NCBI GenBank assembly: GCA_000004695.1
Contig: CM000154.2
Span: 928,001 to 992,000, forward strand
DNA from: Dictyostelium discoideum
Taxonomy: Eukaryota
Direction: 5' to 3'
DNA length: 64,000 nt
This document shows positions 49,719 to 60,437 of this stretch, piece after piece. The stretch's first letter is position 1, and each line of letters starts with the position of its first letter. Position numbers and translations under genes: made by a program. The notes under the pieces are model-generated. The model did not search any database. It was not told where the DNA came from and saw nothing but the letters and a program-made list of their open reading frames with translations.

Positions 49719-50288
49719 ATGTTATCAGATTTTTTCAACAATTTAGCATCATTTTTTAGTAACATATTCTCATTATTTGAAGGTAAAAAACAAACAAGAA
49801 TATTAATGATTGGACTTGATGGTGCAGGTAAATCAACACTTTTATATAAATTAAAATTGGGTGATATTGTTTCAACCGTTCCAACGATTGGATTCAATGT
49901 TGAAACCATTGAATATAAAAATTTATCAATGACAGTTTGGGATGTAGGTGGTCAATATAAAATCCGTGCCTTATGGAAACACTATTACCATGGTACAAAC
50001 GCAATCATCTTTGTAGTAGATAGTACAGATCGTGAAAGAATGGATGAAGTTAAAGAAGAAATTGACACTCTTTTAATTCAAGAAGAATTAAAAGGTATAC
50101 AAATATTAATATTTGCAAATAAACAAGATATGAATAATGCAATGAATACATCAGAAATTGTAGACTCTTTAAATTTAAATTCAATTAAAGATAGAAAATG
50201 GTATGTTCAACCATGCAGTGCTATTAAATCACCACATGGCATCTATGAAGGATTTGATTGGGTTGCAAATTCACTCAATAATAAATAA
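49719..50288 (+). CDS. ADP-ribosylation factor (Arf)-like small GTPase lacking the N-myristoylation glycine (189 aa)
   Basis: [63 protein letters not shown]...IFANKQD...CSA is collinear with Arf1 (P-loop GLDxAGKT, DVGGQ, NKQD, SA). The N-terminus [13 protein letters not shown] has no Gly2. Confidence 0.85.
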   Translation: MLSDFFNNLASFFSNIFSLFEGKKQTRILMIGLDGAGKSTLLYKLKLGDIVSTVPTIGFNVETIEYKNLSMTVWDVGGQYKIRALWKHYYHGTNAIIFVVDSTDRERMDEVKEEIDTLLIQEELKGIQILIFANKQDMNNAMNTSEIVDSLNLNSIKDRKWYVQPCSAIKSPHGIYEGFDWVANSLNNK

Positions 50289-50355
50289 ATAAAAAAAATA
50301 AATAAAAACCTTTGTAAATATATATAAATAGTAAAAATAATATTTATTTATTTAT

Positions 50356-51731
50356 TTATTTATTAATTTGTAAAATAGTTGATACACCATAATGATCACT
50401 TAATTGTGTGAATGGGAAACCTTGAATAAAGAATGGATCAACTTTTGTTGAACCTTTTAATGGAGATATGGAATTATGTTGTTGAGAGTGTTTTGAAGGT
50501 TGAGTAGGAGAAGGTACTTTAAAATTAAGTTCAACACCATCTATTGAAGTTTCGAATTCTCTATTGAATAATAAAATATAATCTAAACGTTTCATACAAC
50601 CGAAATCATTTGGATTTGTTAAAACCGTTTCTAATGGTATCTCTTGTTTTTTATCTTTTAAAAATTTGATATCACCAACTGTTGGAGGATGTTCACCATT
50701 GAAATCGTCTCTTAATAAATCTTGAATTGTGAAAATCTTTTTACCAGTTGGTAAATCTCTTTGATCGCTATTTGAGAGTAACTCCAACATTTGTAAATAG
50801 GAATCACCATCTTTTGGATCATCCTTTGAGACTCTACCATTTACATTTAAATCACCGGCTAAAATGATGATTGATTTATCTTTAAAAGTTTTTTCAAAGA
50901 TAAATTCACGTAATTGATTTAATTGAATTAATCTAATATTATCATTTTTATAATTGGATGCTTGGTCTTGAGTGGCGGAAGCTTTAACAGTTTTTGATCC
51001 ATCTGATTTTGGTGCGTAGGAAGCTTGCATATGGGTGGTAAAAAGGTGAATGAAATTCTCATCATCATTGGATGAACCAGTTGGAACTACCTTAATCTTT
51101 GTGTATAGCACACCCTTTGAGGAAAGCATATCGCTATCGACACCTTGTTCGTATAGGAAGAAATCAGAGGCCACAATTGGGTACTTTGAAATCACGGTTA
51201 AACCGCCATCAACCAAAAATGTTGAACGGAGATAAGGTGGTGATGGTGAGGTAGCGTAATATTGAAAACCCTGTTGCTCTGCTTTCTCTATGAATCTACG
51301 TTGACGATAACTAAATGCTGAAAATAACTCTTGTAAACAAATGATATCATATTGTGCTAAAATGGATTTCGATGGTGCTATACTTTGATAATCACTAGAG
51401 TTATTATGAAGATTTTGTTGTTTCAATGATGATGGTGGTGGTGGTGATTTGGCTTTCTTATTCATTCCAGTAACTTCCATTAATTTCCCATAGACTGGAT
51501 ATTTCCATGGTGAAAAGTATGGAATATATGGAAAACTGGTTTTATCTACACTATAAACTGCATTTGGAATACCTTGTGCACTCTTTGACCCTTTATTATA
51601 ATTTATATGTGGTGATAAACTATCTGATATTAAACATTCAATTCTTTCATCTTTCCAATCATTTTCATTATTTTTAATACCTGGTGGTCTAATAAATACA
51701 TTATATGTAAGTAATTTAATTGTTTTTGTCA

Positions 51732-51780
<49 letters not shown>

Positions 51781-52080
51781 TTGATGTTCTTGTTGTTTGA
51801 TTAGATTTGATGAATTTCCTTTAATACCTGTTACAGAGTTACTATCTATTTTATTATTATTATTATTATTATTATCACCACCTTTAACCCTATAAAATAA
51901 ATAATCAATGATAAATGTAAATGAATAATAATAAGAAGAATATGATGAAATATTTGAAGATGAGGTTTTATGTTGATCACTTATGTTAGTATTTAAATGA
52001 TTTAAAGTAATGGTTAAATATAAAACTAATGAAAAAATAGCAATGAAACAATAAATTAATTTATATGATATTAATTTCAT
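50356..52080 (-). CDS. Endonuclease/exonuclease/phosphatase (EEP)-family phosphodiesterase, neutral-sphingomyelinase-like, with N-terminal signal anchor (574 aa)
   Basis: EEP catalytic landmarks in order: LLTYNVF (N), YDIICLQELF (E), FTTHMQA (H), IILAGDLNVNG (D, N), QLSDHYGVS (D, H). N-terminus MKLISYKLIYCFIAIFSLVLYLTITL is hydrophobic. Contains poly-Asn from (AAT)n. Confidence 0.6.
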
Positions 52081-53450
52081 AATAATAATAATAATAATAA
52101 TAACAATAATTCAAATAAATAAAAATAAAAATAATAATAAATATTAAAAAATTAAATAATAATTATCTAATTTATTTTTTCTCTTTAATTTTGATAATTT
52201 AAAAAATGGATAAATAAATATATTAAAAGTATCACAAAAAACATTATATATGGAAATAAATATGATTAAAAATAATATTAAAATCTCCAATTGTTTTTAA
52301 AAAAATAACATTATTGTTAATTTATTTATTTAAGGGTTTTTTTTTTTTTTTTTTTTTTTTTTGTTTCTTCTTTTTTCGTATATTTTTTTTTTTTTTTTTT
52401 TTTGTGTGTTTCTTTAAGTAATAAAAAAAAAATAAAAAAAAAGAAAATGCAATGTTGTGTTTATATGTTTAAATTTTATTTTTACCTTTGGTATATGAAT
52501 TTTTAATAGGTTTATATGTATTATTAATAATTAGGTGTTACATTTTAAAAAAAAAAAAAAAAAGTGAAAACTAACGTTTGAGAAAAAAAAAAAATAAAAA
52601 AAAAAAAATAAAAAATAAAAAATAAATAAAAAAAAAAAAATAAATAAAAAAAATCTTCAAACGTCATCAATGTTTACATATTCGCATCCATGTTTATTTT
52701 TGGTAAAGAGTAATGTTACTAAAAATTATTATATTTAATAATTTTGCATCTTTTTTATTTTTTTTTTTTTTTTTTAATTATAAAAAATAAAAAAATAAAA
52801 AAAAAAGATATAAGATAAAAAAAAAAAATTTAAATTGTGTGGTTTTTAATTTTTAAAATTATTTCTTTTTATTATTTTACTTATTTTCTTCATTGCAATT
52901 GAATGTTTTATTAAATTTATTAATGATTAATAACCTTGATTTCAAAAAAAATAAAAAAATAAAAAAATATAAAAAAAAAAATAAAAAAAATTATTATTAC
53001 CGGTCCAAAGAATTTTTTTTTTTTTCTAATTTCTACTTTTTTTTTTTTTTTTTTGTAAATAGATTTATTAATATTTTTCCCTGTGTTTCCACATAATTTT
53101 AATTTATAAATATGAAAAGGATAATTTTTTTATTTTTTTTTTATTATTTTTATTATTTAATATTTAAAAGAGACCACCTTTTATGGTGAAGTTTTTTATT
53201 TTTTAATTTTTTATTATTTTTATTTTTTTTTCCAATTATTCATTAAATTAATAAATTAGTAAAACACCAAAAGTTAAAAATATAAAAAAATATAAAATAA
53301 AAAAAAATGGAAATAAAAATGAAAATGAAAATGAAAATAAATAAAAATAATATTTATAAAGTTCTTTTTATTTTTTTAAAGTAGAATTACAATTTATTTA
53401 TTTATTTTTTTTTTTATTTTTTTTTTTTTCCAAAAAATACAATTATTCAT

Positions 53451-54062
53451 TTAAATGAATAAATAAGTGATTAAAATTAATAAAGTTAAAAAACTAAAAG
53501 TTAAAGATGAAGAAGAATTATTTGGATCAACACAAAGTGGATGAACTTTAAAGATTGAAGTTGTCATATTACAATAGTTTTTGAAAACTTGATTATCGGT
53601 AATGTTGCTTAATACTCCACCAATGATAGTTGGTCTATTCCAACCATCACCTAAACCATAACCATAGGCAGTGAGGAAAGTTGAATCGATTGGAACTTGA
53701 CTCATGCATTTATCACAATAGAGTGTTTTAATTGATGTACCATAAACAACCTTTGAAAATCCTGAATAAAGAATTGCACCTTGACACATTAAACATGATT
53801 CACCAGTTGTGTAAAGTGTATAATCTGAGAAATTGCTAATACCATATAATGCATTTGCCTTTTGAATTACAACAATCTCTGCATGTTGTGTTAAATCTTT
53901 CATTTGTCTTCCTAAATTCATATCGATAACAATTTGTGTACCATTCTTATGAACGATTGATGCTACAAATAATGCTCCCTTTTCTTTTGCAAAATCAATA
54001 ACTTGTTGCATATAACCTTGGTGATATGATAATTCATCTCCTGTAACAGCTGTTAGTGGTAC
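53451..54062 (-). CDS. CMP/dCMP-type zinc deaminase (TadA / guanine-deaminase-like), exon 2 of 2
   Basis: HAEIVVIQKA (HAE zinc ligand) and GESCLMCQGAILYSGFSKVVYG (CxxC zinc ligands) are present. Acceptor atatttag at 54063-54064, then VPLTAVTGDELSYHQGYMQQVIDFAKEKG. Confidence 0.75.
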   Translation of the reverse strand, partial: VPLTAVTGDELSYHQGYMQQVIDFAKEKGALFVASIVHKNGTQIVIDMNLGRQMKDLTQHAEIVVIQKANALYGISNFSDYTLYTTGESCLMCQGAILYSGFSKVVYGTSIKTLYCDKCMSQVPIDSTFLTAYGYGLGDGWNRPTIIGGVLSNITDNQVFKNYCNMTTSIFKVHPLCVDPNNSSSSLTFSFLTLLILITYLFI

Positions 54063-54194
54063 CTAAATATTAAAAATAAAAAAAAAATTTTAAAAAAATT
54101 AAAAAAAATAAAAAAAAAATTAGAAGTTAGAATTAAATAAAAAATTTAAATAAAAATAAAGTAAAATAAAATAAATTAAATTAAGGTTACTTAC

Positions 54195-54302
54195 TGGTAC
54201 TTGTTCTGGTGTTGAGTAATATGGGTTCATTCCATTTTCGCATGATAAAACTTTACCAACCAAGCATAAGGTTGCAAAGAATAAAACTAAATATTTGTTC
54301 AT
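54195..54302 (-). CDS. Deaminase, exon 1 of 2: signal peptide MNKYLVLFFATLCLVGKVLSCENGMNPYYSTPEQVP
   Basis: ATG at 54302 (the track ORF starts at an upstream in-frame ATG within A/T-rich low-complexity sequence). Classic h-region plus cleavage-site-like VLS|CE. Donor GTAAGT at 54194; phase 0. Confidence 0.65.
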
Positions 54303-55014
54303 TTTTTTATTTTTTTTTTTTTTTAAATGAATAATTATAAATTTGAAAAATATAATGAAAAAAAATAAAAATAAAAAAAAAAAAAAATTTATTAGATTCA
54401 AAAAAAAAAAAAAAAGTAATATTTTAAAATAAAAAAAAAATAAAAAAAATAAAAAAAAAATAAAATATCTTTTAAATTTTGAAAAAGAAGGAATGAATTG
54501 TTTCGTTTGTCTTAATAAATTTAATTTAATAAAGCAATGGTTTTTTTATGGCGGGTTTATTAGAAAAAATCCTTTTTTTTTTTTTTTTTATTTTTTTGTG
54601 TCAGTTATTAAAATATATTTTTTTGAAAAAAAGATATTTTAATTTTTTGTTTTTTTTTTCCCCTAAACAATTTCAAATAAAAAATTCCAAAAAAATTCGC
54701 TTTTTCAAACCTTAACAGTGAAATTTATTCGTAATTTAACAAAATTGTGTAAGGAAAATTGAAAAAAAAACTGAAAAAACCATATATATTAAATTGAAAT
54801 TTTTCACACACACACTGGGGTGGGTTATCATAAAATTTAAAATATTTGATTATTGGTGCGATTAATTAAATAACCTAAAAATAACAACACCTTACACCTC
54901 CACATCCGCATAATTTTTTAAAACATCTGTTTTATGGTTTTTTATATGAAAATGTATATTTTTTTTTTTTTTAATTTTATTTATAATAATTGGTGAAACT
55001 TTATTGTTTTTAAA

Positions 55015-55181
55015 TTAAATTCTGGAATCACTTTGTAAAAATTTATAAACTGAAAGTATTGATTTATCTATTTGTTCACCAACATTTTCACTCCTATTAT
55101 TAGAATTTATAGTAGTTATAGCATTTATAAATTTATTATTTTCTTTCTCAATTGCTTGAAATATATTTGAAATTTCTTTAT
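55015..55181 (-). CDS. Asn-rich hypothetical protein, exon 2 of 2
   Basis: Acceptor ttttttttttatag then AT+AAAGAAATT...; protein DKEISNIFQAIEKENNKFINAITTINSNNRSENVGEQIDKSILSVYKFLQSDSRI. Confidence 0.5.
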
Positions 55182-55269
55182 CTATAAAAAAAAAAAAATG
55201 ATTTGTTAATTTGTTTAAAAATAAAAAATAAAAAAATAAATAAAATAAAAACAAAAATTTTAATAATAC

Positions 55270-55954
55270 CACCAGTTAATAAGAATTGACAATCAGATAT
55301 TTTTAAATTATCAATTGAATTAAGTAATTTAATTTTTTCATTTTTTAAAAATAGTGAATCGATTATTGATTTTGGAGATTTTGATATTGATGGTTGATTG
55401 GATTCTTCTAAACATTTTATCATTATTTCAAAGGTTTCAGTTTGGCTAGAAGAGAATAAAAATTTAAAATTATAAAATAAATAATTCAATTGAAATTTAT
55501 TAAATTCTTTAATCTTTGAATTTCCATAAAGACTATTGTTATTATTAATGGTATCATTGTTATTAATTTTATTAGTACCAAAGGTTAATGTGTTACCAAT
55601 TAATGATTCTATAATAATAAAACCTTCATTTTTATTTAATTGATTATATTGATTAAATTGTTTAAGTTTTTTATCTAATTCAATTATTGAATTATTAATA
55701 TTATTATTATTATTATTATTGTTGTTGTTGTTATTGTTGCCGTAGTTGTTTATCTCTTGTATATCATTTGGTGATAAAATTATAAATGATAATTTATTTT
55801 GTTTAAATTCAAAATGAAAAGGTAAATTGCTAGTTTTCTTATTTGAATCATTATTTGAAACTTCGAAAAAACTATTTAATATTTGTTGATTGGATACACT
55901 TAAATTGGGTTTATTTAAAGTGATTTTATATCTAATTAATTTATTGTTTATCAT
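55270..55954 (-). CDS. Asn-rich hypothetical protein, exon 1 of 2 (about 283 aa in total)
   Basis: ATG at 55954. Donor GTATTA at 55269, phase 1 (an alternative GTGGTA donor 3 nt upstream is also possible). Confidence 0.5.
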
Positions 55955-56078
55955 TATTTATTTTTTATTTTGTTTTATATATTTATTTAATTTATTTATA
56001 TTTATTATTTTTTTTTTTTTTTTGAAAAGAAAAATAAAATATTTTATTATACATTTTTTTTTTTTTTTTTTGAAATAG

Positions 56079-56109
<31 letters not shown>

Positions 56110-56310
56110 ATGATAATAATAATAAAATAAATAATAAAAATCAAATAGGATAAATCATGTTTTCAATTAAAAAAAAAAAATAAAAATAAAACTTAAAAAG
56201 GTTGGTGTGTTTGGGCAATGAAAATAAATATTTTTGGAAAAAAAAAAAAAAAATTAAAAAAAAAAATTGAAAACCGAAAAACAAAATGAAAAGAAAAAAA
56301 AAAGAAAAAT

Positions 56311-56319
56311 ATCCCAAAA
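56311..56319 (+). promoter_or_regulatory. DUSE-like element ATCCCAAAA (Dictyostelium upstream sequence element of ncRNA genes), about 60 bp upstream of ncRNA candidate copy 1
   Basis: Matches [AT]CCCA[CT]AA at 8 of 9 positions. Spacing to the conserved element start is about 60 nt, as for known DUSE-driven genes. Confidence 0.5.
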
Positions 56320-56369
56320 CAAATAAAATTGAAAACTAAGGTATTTAAAAAAAATAAATATGGTTGTTT

Positions 56370-56528
56370 AAATTTGTCGATTGCATTTATGCATGAGGCC
56401 AATAACATCATTTAGTATATGTTACTCCAGCATTGATGCATATATAGAGACCCTTTGCGGGGTATCAGATGGATTGGTCTTCGGGTTAGTCCTTATATCT
56501 GATTGCTAGAGAAAGCTGAGCTGGCCTT
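56370..56528 (+). ncRNA. Candidate small ncRNA gene, copy 1 (about 158 nt; class not determined)
   Basis: GC-richer island in AT-rich DNA. 98% identical to copy 2 (3 mismatches). Termini can pair (GAGGCCA near the 5' end with UGGCCUU at the 3' end). Internal hairpins include a cUUCGg tetraloop (GGUCUUCGGGUU) and a perfect AUCAGAU/AUCUGAU stem. Contains UGAUGC and CUGA box-like motifs. DUSE-like element upstream. Confidence 0.5.
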
Positions 56529-56683
56529 CCAAAAATAAATTTAAAGAAAAAAAAATTAATAATAAAATAACATATTAGTAAATAATTTAATTTTATTTAT
56601 TTCAATACTAAATTTTATTTTATTTATTTCAAAAATTTTTTTTTTATTTTTATTTTTATTTTTATTTTTTTTTAAAAAATAAA

Positions 56684-56692
56684 ATCCCACAA
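56684..56692 (+). promoter_or_regulatory. DUSE element ATCCCACAA (perfect match to the consensus) about 60 bp upstream of ncRNA candidate copy 2
   Basis: Perfect [AT]CCCA[CT]AA at the canonical distance from the conserved element. Confidence 0.6.
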
Positions 56693-56741
56693 ATTTACAA
56701 AAAAACAAGAGAGTATTTCAAAAACCACCATATTATTTTTA

Positions 56742-56899
56742 AAATTTGTCAATTGCATTTATGCATGAGGCCAATAACATCATTTAGTATATGTTACTCC
56801 AGCATTGATGCATATATAGAGACCCTTTGCGGGGAATCAGATGGATTGGTCTTCGGGTTAGTCCTTATATTTGATTGCTAGAGAAAGCTGAGCTGGCCT
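56742..56899 (+). ncRNA. Candidate small ncRNA gene, copy 2 (about 158 nt; class not determined)
   Basis: Near-identical to copy 1 and followed by a TTTT run. Same structural features. Confidence 0.55.
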
Positions 56900-57634
56900 T
56901 TTTAAAATCTAAAAAAAAAAATTAATTATAAATATTGATAAAAATAAAAAATAATAAAAAAATTGTTCTATTTAATAAAAACCTTAAATAAATAAATAAA
57001 TAAAAACCACTAATTATTGCCTTTGACGACTAAACTCAAATTAATTAATTTTGAAAAAAAAAAAAAAAAAAATAATAAAAAAAAATAATTTAAACATTGT
57101 TTTTTTATTTTTTTTTTCAAATCTGATTCTTTTATTTATTTTTTATTTATTTATTTGTTTTTAATTGAAAAAAAAAAAAAAAAACTGGAAATAATTTGGT
57201 CAAATTAAAAAAAAATAACAATTATCAAAAATGGAAAATAAAAAAATAAAAAAATAAAAAATAAAAAATAAATAAAATTAAAAAATTTGATGAGGTGAAA
57301 AAAATTATTTAAAAAAAAAAAAAAAAAAAGTGAAATTTTTATAAAAAAAAAAAAATCTAAAAAAGAGGCAGTGGAAAAAAAGAGAATATTTTATTATTTT
57401 TTCAAGTTTTTGTAATTTTATTTTTAAAAAAAGAAAGAGGAATAAAAAAAAAAAAAAATAAATAAATAAAAAAAAATAAAAAAAAAAAAAAATATAAAAA
57501 ACAGTTCAATGACTTTATAAAACTCATTTTGTTAATAATCTTTTTTTTTTTTTTCTTTAAAATAAATACCTATTTTTTTTATAAATAAAATATAAATAAA
57601 ATATAAATATAAAGAAAAAAAAAAAAAAAAAAAA

Positions 57635-57722
57635 ATGGATTTATATTGTCAAAAATGTTACAAACAATTAGAATTGGATGATAGTTTACTTGATATTGAT
57701 CAAAGTTTATTCTTAAAAACGA
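57635..57722 (+). CDS. atg6: Beclin-1/Atg6 homolog, exon 1 of 2 (MDLYCQKCYKQLELDDSLLDIDQSLFLKT)
   Basis: Matches the Beclin N-terminus ([20 protein letters not shown]). Donor GTAATG at 57723; phase 1. Which Dictyostelium atg6 paralog this is cannot be decided from sequence alone. Confidence 0.65.
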
Positions 57723-57787
57723 GTAATGTATAAAATATTATTATTATAAATATATATATATATTTAAGTATGTAAAGTATTAGTTAC

Positions 57788-57904
<117 letters not shown>

Positions 57905-57919
57905 CATAAAAATTGACAG

Positions 57920-58786
57920 ATATACACGAGATAATAGAAGAATTAGAGGAATTATCATTGAAACCAGTTCCAAAAGAGAGAGAAACATTAATATTAAAAC
58001 AACAGCAACAACAATTGTTACAACAACAAGAACAAGCAGCAGCAGCAGCAGCGATACAATCACCACAAACAGTCTCAAAAATGAGTAAACTTAAATCTGG
58101 TTTATTTGGAAAGAGAAAAGAACTTACACAAAGTAACTCAACAACTCCAACAACACCCGCCACACCAACAGCAACACCAACATCATCTTCATTATCATTA
58201 CCAACACCTCCTCCACTACCACAACAACAACAACAGCAACAACAACAACAACAGCAAACTTTTAATGACCAAAGTAAATTAACAGCAACCACACCAACAC
58301 AACCAACACCAATTGAAGAAAAGAAACAACAATCATTTAAAACATTTTATCCAGCAGCACATAGCAATAATAGTAGTAATGGTAGCGATCATGGTGGAAA
58401 TGTTAATACAACAGGTGTATCACCATCATCACCAGGTGGTGGGGCTCATTCATTTGGTTCTTTATCTCAACATCGTTTGTCTTCTTCACTATCACTAAAA
58501 TCAATAAGTAGTGGTGGTGGTAATAGTAGTAGTAATCTAGTTGCTGATATAAATAATAATAATAATAGTGTAAATAAAGATAATAATACAACAATTAGTA
58601 GTAGCACAGTTACTACAAGTAATAGTATATCAGAATCAAATAATCAAGATAGTAAATTATTAGTTGCAACTACTACAACAACTACAACAACTACTACAAC
58701 AACTATTTTAGCAACAATACCAACTACCACAACAACCTCTACACCAACAACACCATCAACTGTTGGAGGAACCACACCATCACCAC

Positions 58787-58820
<34 letters not shown>

Positions 58821-60399
58821 TGTAATAACATCACCAATCAGTAGAATATCACCATCCAATATAACCTCACCATCGAAATTATCACAACAATCAACGCCAA
58901 GACAAAGACCTCTAACAATTGCACCAACAAAATTAAATATATCACAAGTTAGTAGTCCACAAAAGCCAAGATTAAAATATTTAAGAACAAGTTCAAAATC
59001 ATTAAGTATGGCATCATTACCAGCGGTTGGTCCAGATGGTACAATAATAGTTGATGGTGGTGCTAGTAGTGGAACGGAATCAACATCAATGACAAATCAT
59101 CATAGTTCATTTTTAAATCAATCAACTTTACCACTTGGTAGTTCACCAGTCCAAACTACACCACCATTATTATCAAATAGTATGAATAATAGTACAAATA
59201 ATTTACAATCATTACAACAACAGCAACAGCAACAACAACAACAACAACAACAACCAATAAGTGAAAATAATTATTATAAATATATGAAAGGATTATCATT
59301 ATTTAAAATAGCGACAGATTTAATAAATTATGATTTACCATTATGTTTAGAATGTACAAAATTAACAATTGGAGAATTAGAGGATGAAGGATCAATTTTG
59401 GACGGTGAAGTATCAATTTATAGTGCATATTTAAAACAATTAGAAAAAGGTAAAACTGAAGAAGATTTGGAGGAATTGGGTAAAGAGATGACATTACTAT
59501 GTGAAGAGGAGGAACAATTACGTTTAATGATTGAAAATACACATCAAGAGAGAAAAGAAGTTGAACAATTAACATTACAACTTCAAGATAGAATTGCAAC
59601 GTTGAAATCATTGGAAGATAGTTATTGGAGTTGTTTTAGTGAATTTCATTATGAAACTTTTAGAAATAAAGACGAGAGAGATCAAACCACCGTTCAAATT
59701 CAATGGGTTAATGACCATTTAGAAAGTTTAAAACAAACCAATATTCTCAATGATGCTTTCCATCTATGGCATGATGGTCATTTTGGTACTATAAATTCAT
59801 TACGTCTTGGAAAGTTACCAAGTCAACCAGTGGAATGGAACGAGATCAATGCAGCATGGGGTTTAGCAGTATCACTTTTGGATGCAATGGCAAAGAAGTT
59901 GAAATTTAAATTCCAACAATTCACATTGGTACCAAATGGTAGTTGTTCAAGAGTTGATAAAAGAGATGTTGATCCACCATTGGCCTATGAACTTTATGGT
60001 ACCAATGATATTAGTTTAGGTCGTTTATTTTGGTATAGACGTTTCGATAATGGTATGATTGCTTTCCTTCAATGCATTAAAGAACTATGTGAACATATCA
60101 CTGAAAAAGATCCAGAATTCTCTGTTCCCTACAAAATCGATAAAGAATATATAGGTGGAATGTGTATTAAATTACAATTCACAAATGATGATACTTGGAC
60201 AAAATCTTTGAAATTTATGTTAACAAACTTAAAATGGATCTTAATTTGGATTGTTAAAAATGAAACTTTAACTTTATTTAATAATCAACAATTTCAACAA
60301 TCAAAATTAAATAATAATCAAAATAATAATAATATTAATAATAATAATAATAATAATATTAATAATAATAATAATAATAATGTAAATAAAAGGAATTAA
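57920..60399 (+). CDS. atg6: Beclin-1/Atg6 homolog, exon 2 of 2 (about 855 aa in total). A long Q/S/T/N-rich low-complexity region is followed by the coiled-coil and BARA domains.
   Basis: The C-terminal 350 aa are collinear with human Beclin-1: [41 protein letters not shown] aligns with [41 protein letters not shown], and TWTKSLKFMLTNLKWIL with QWTKALKFMLTNLKWGL. Acceptor ttgacag at 57918-57919. Confidence 0.85.
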
Positions 60400-60437
60400 T
60401 CTATTAAATTTTATTTTATTATTTTATTTTTATTTTT

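Noticed and set aside
54303-54401. Upstream in-frame ATG extending the deaminase ORF by 33 residues (MNLINFFFFLFLFFFIIFFKFIIIHLKKKKNKK)
   Set aside because: Pure A/T-run translation. The downstream ATG at 54302 gives a canonical signal peptide.
56370-56899. Assignment of the DUSE-associated elements to U1, U2, U4, U5, U6, U3 or class I RNA
   Set aside because: They lack the U1 ACUUACCUG, the U2 GCUUCUCGGCC/GUAGUA, the U5 loop CUUUUACUAAAG, an Sm site AUUUUUG, and the class I 11-nt motif. The class is left open.
58403-58859. Poly-Tyr, poly-His and poly-Asp/Val minus-strand ORFs
   Set aside because: Antisense of low-complexity coding repeats of atg6.
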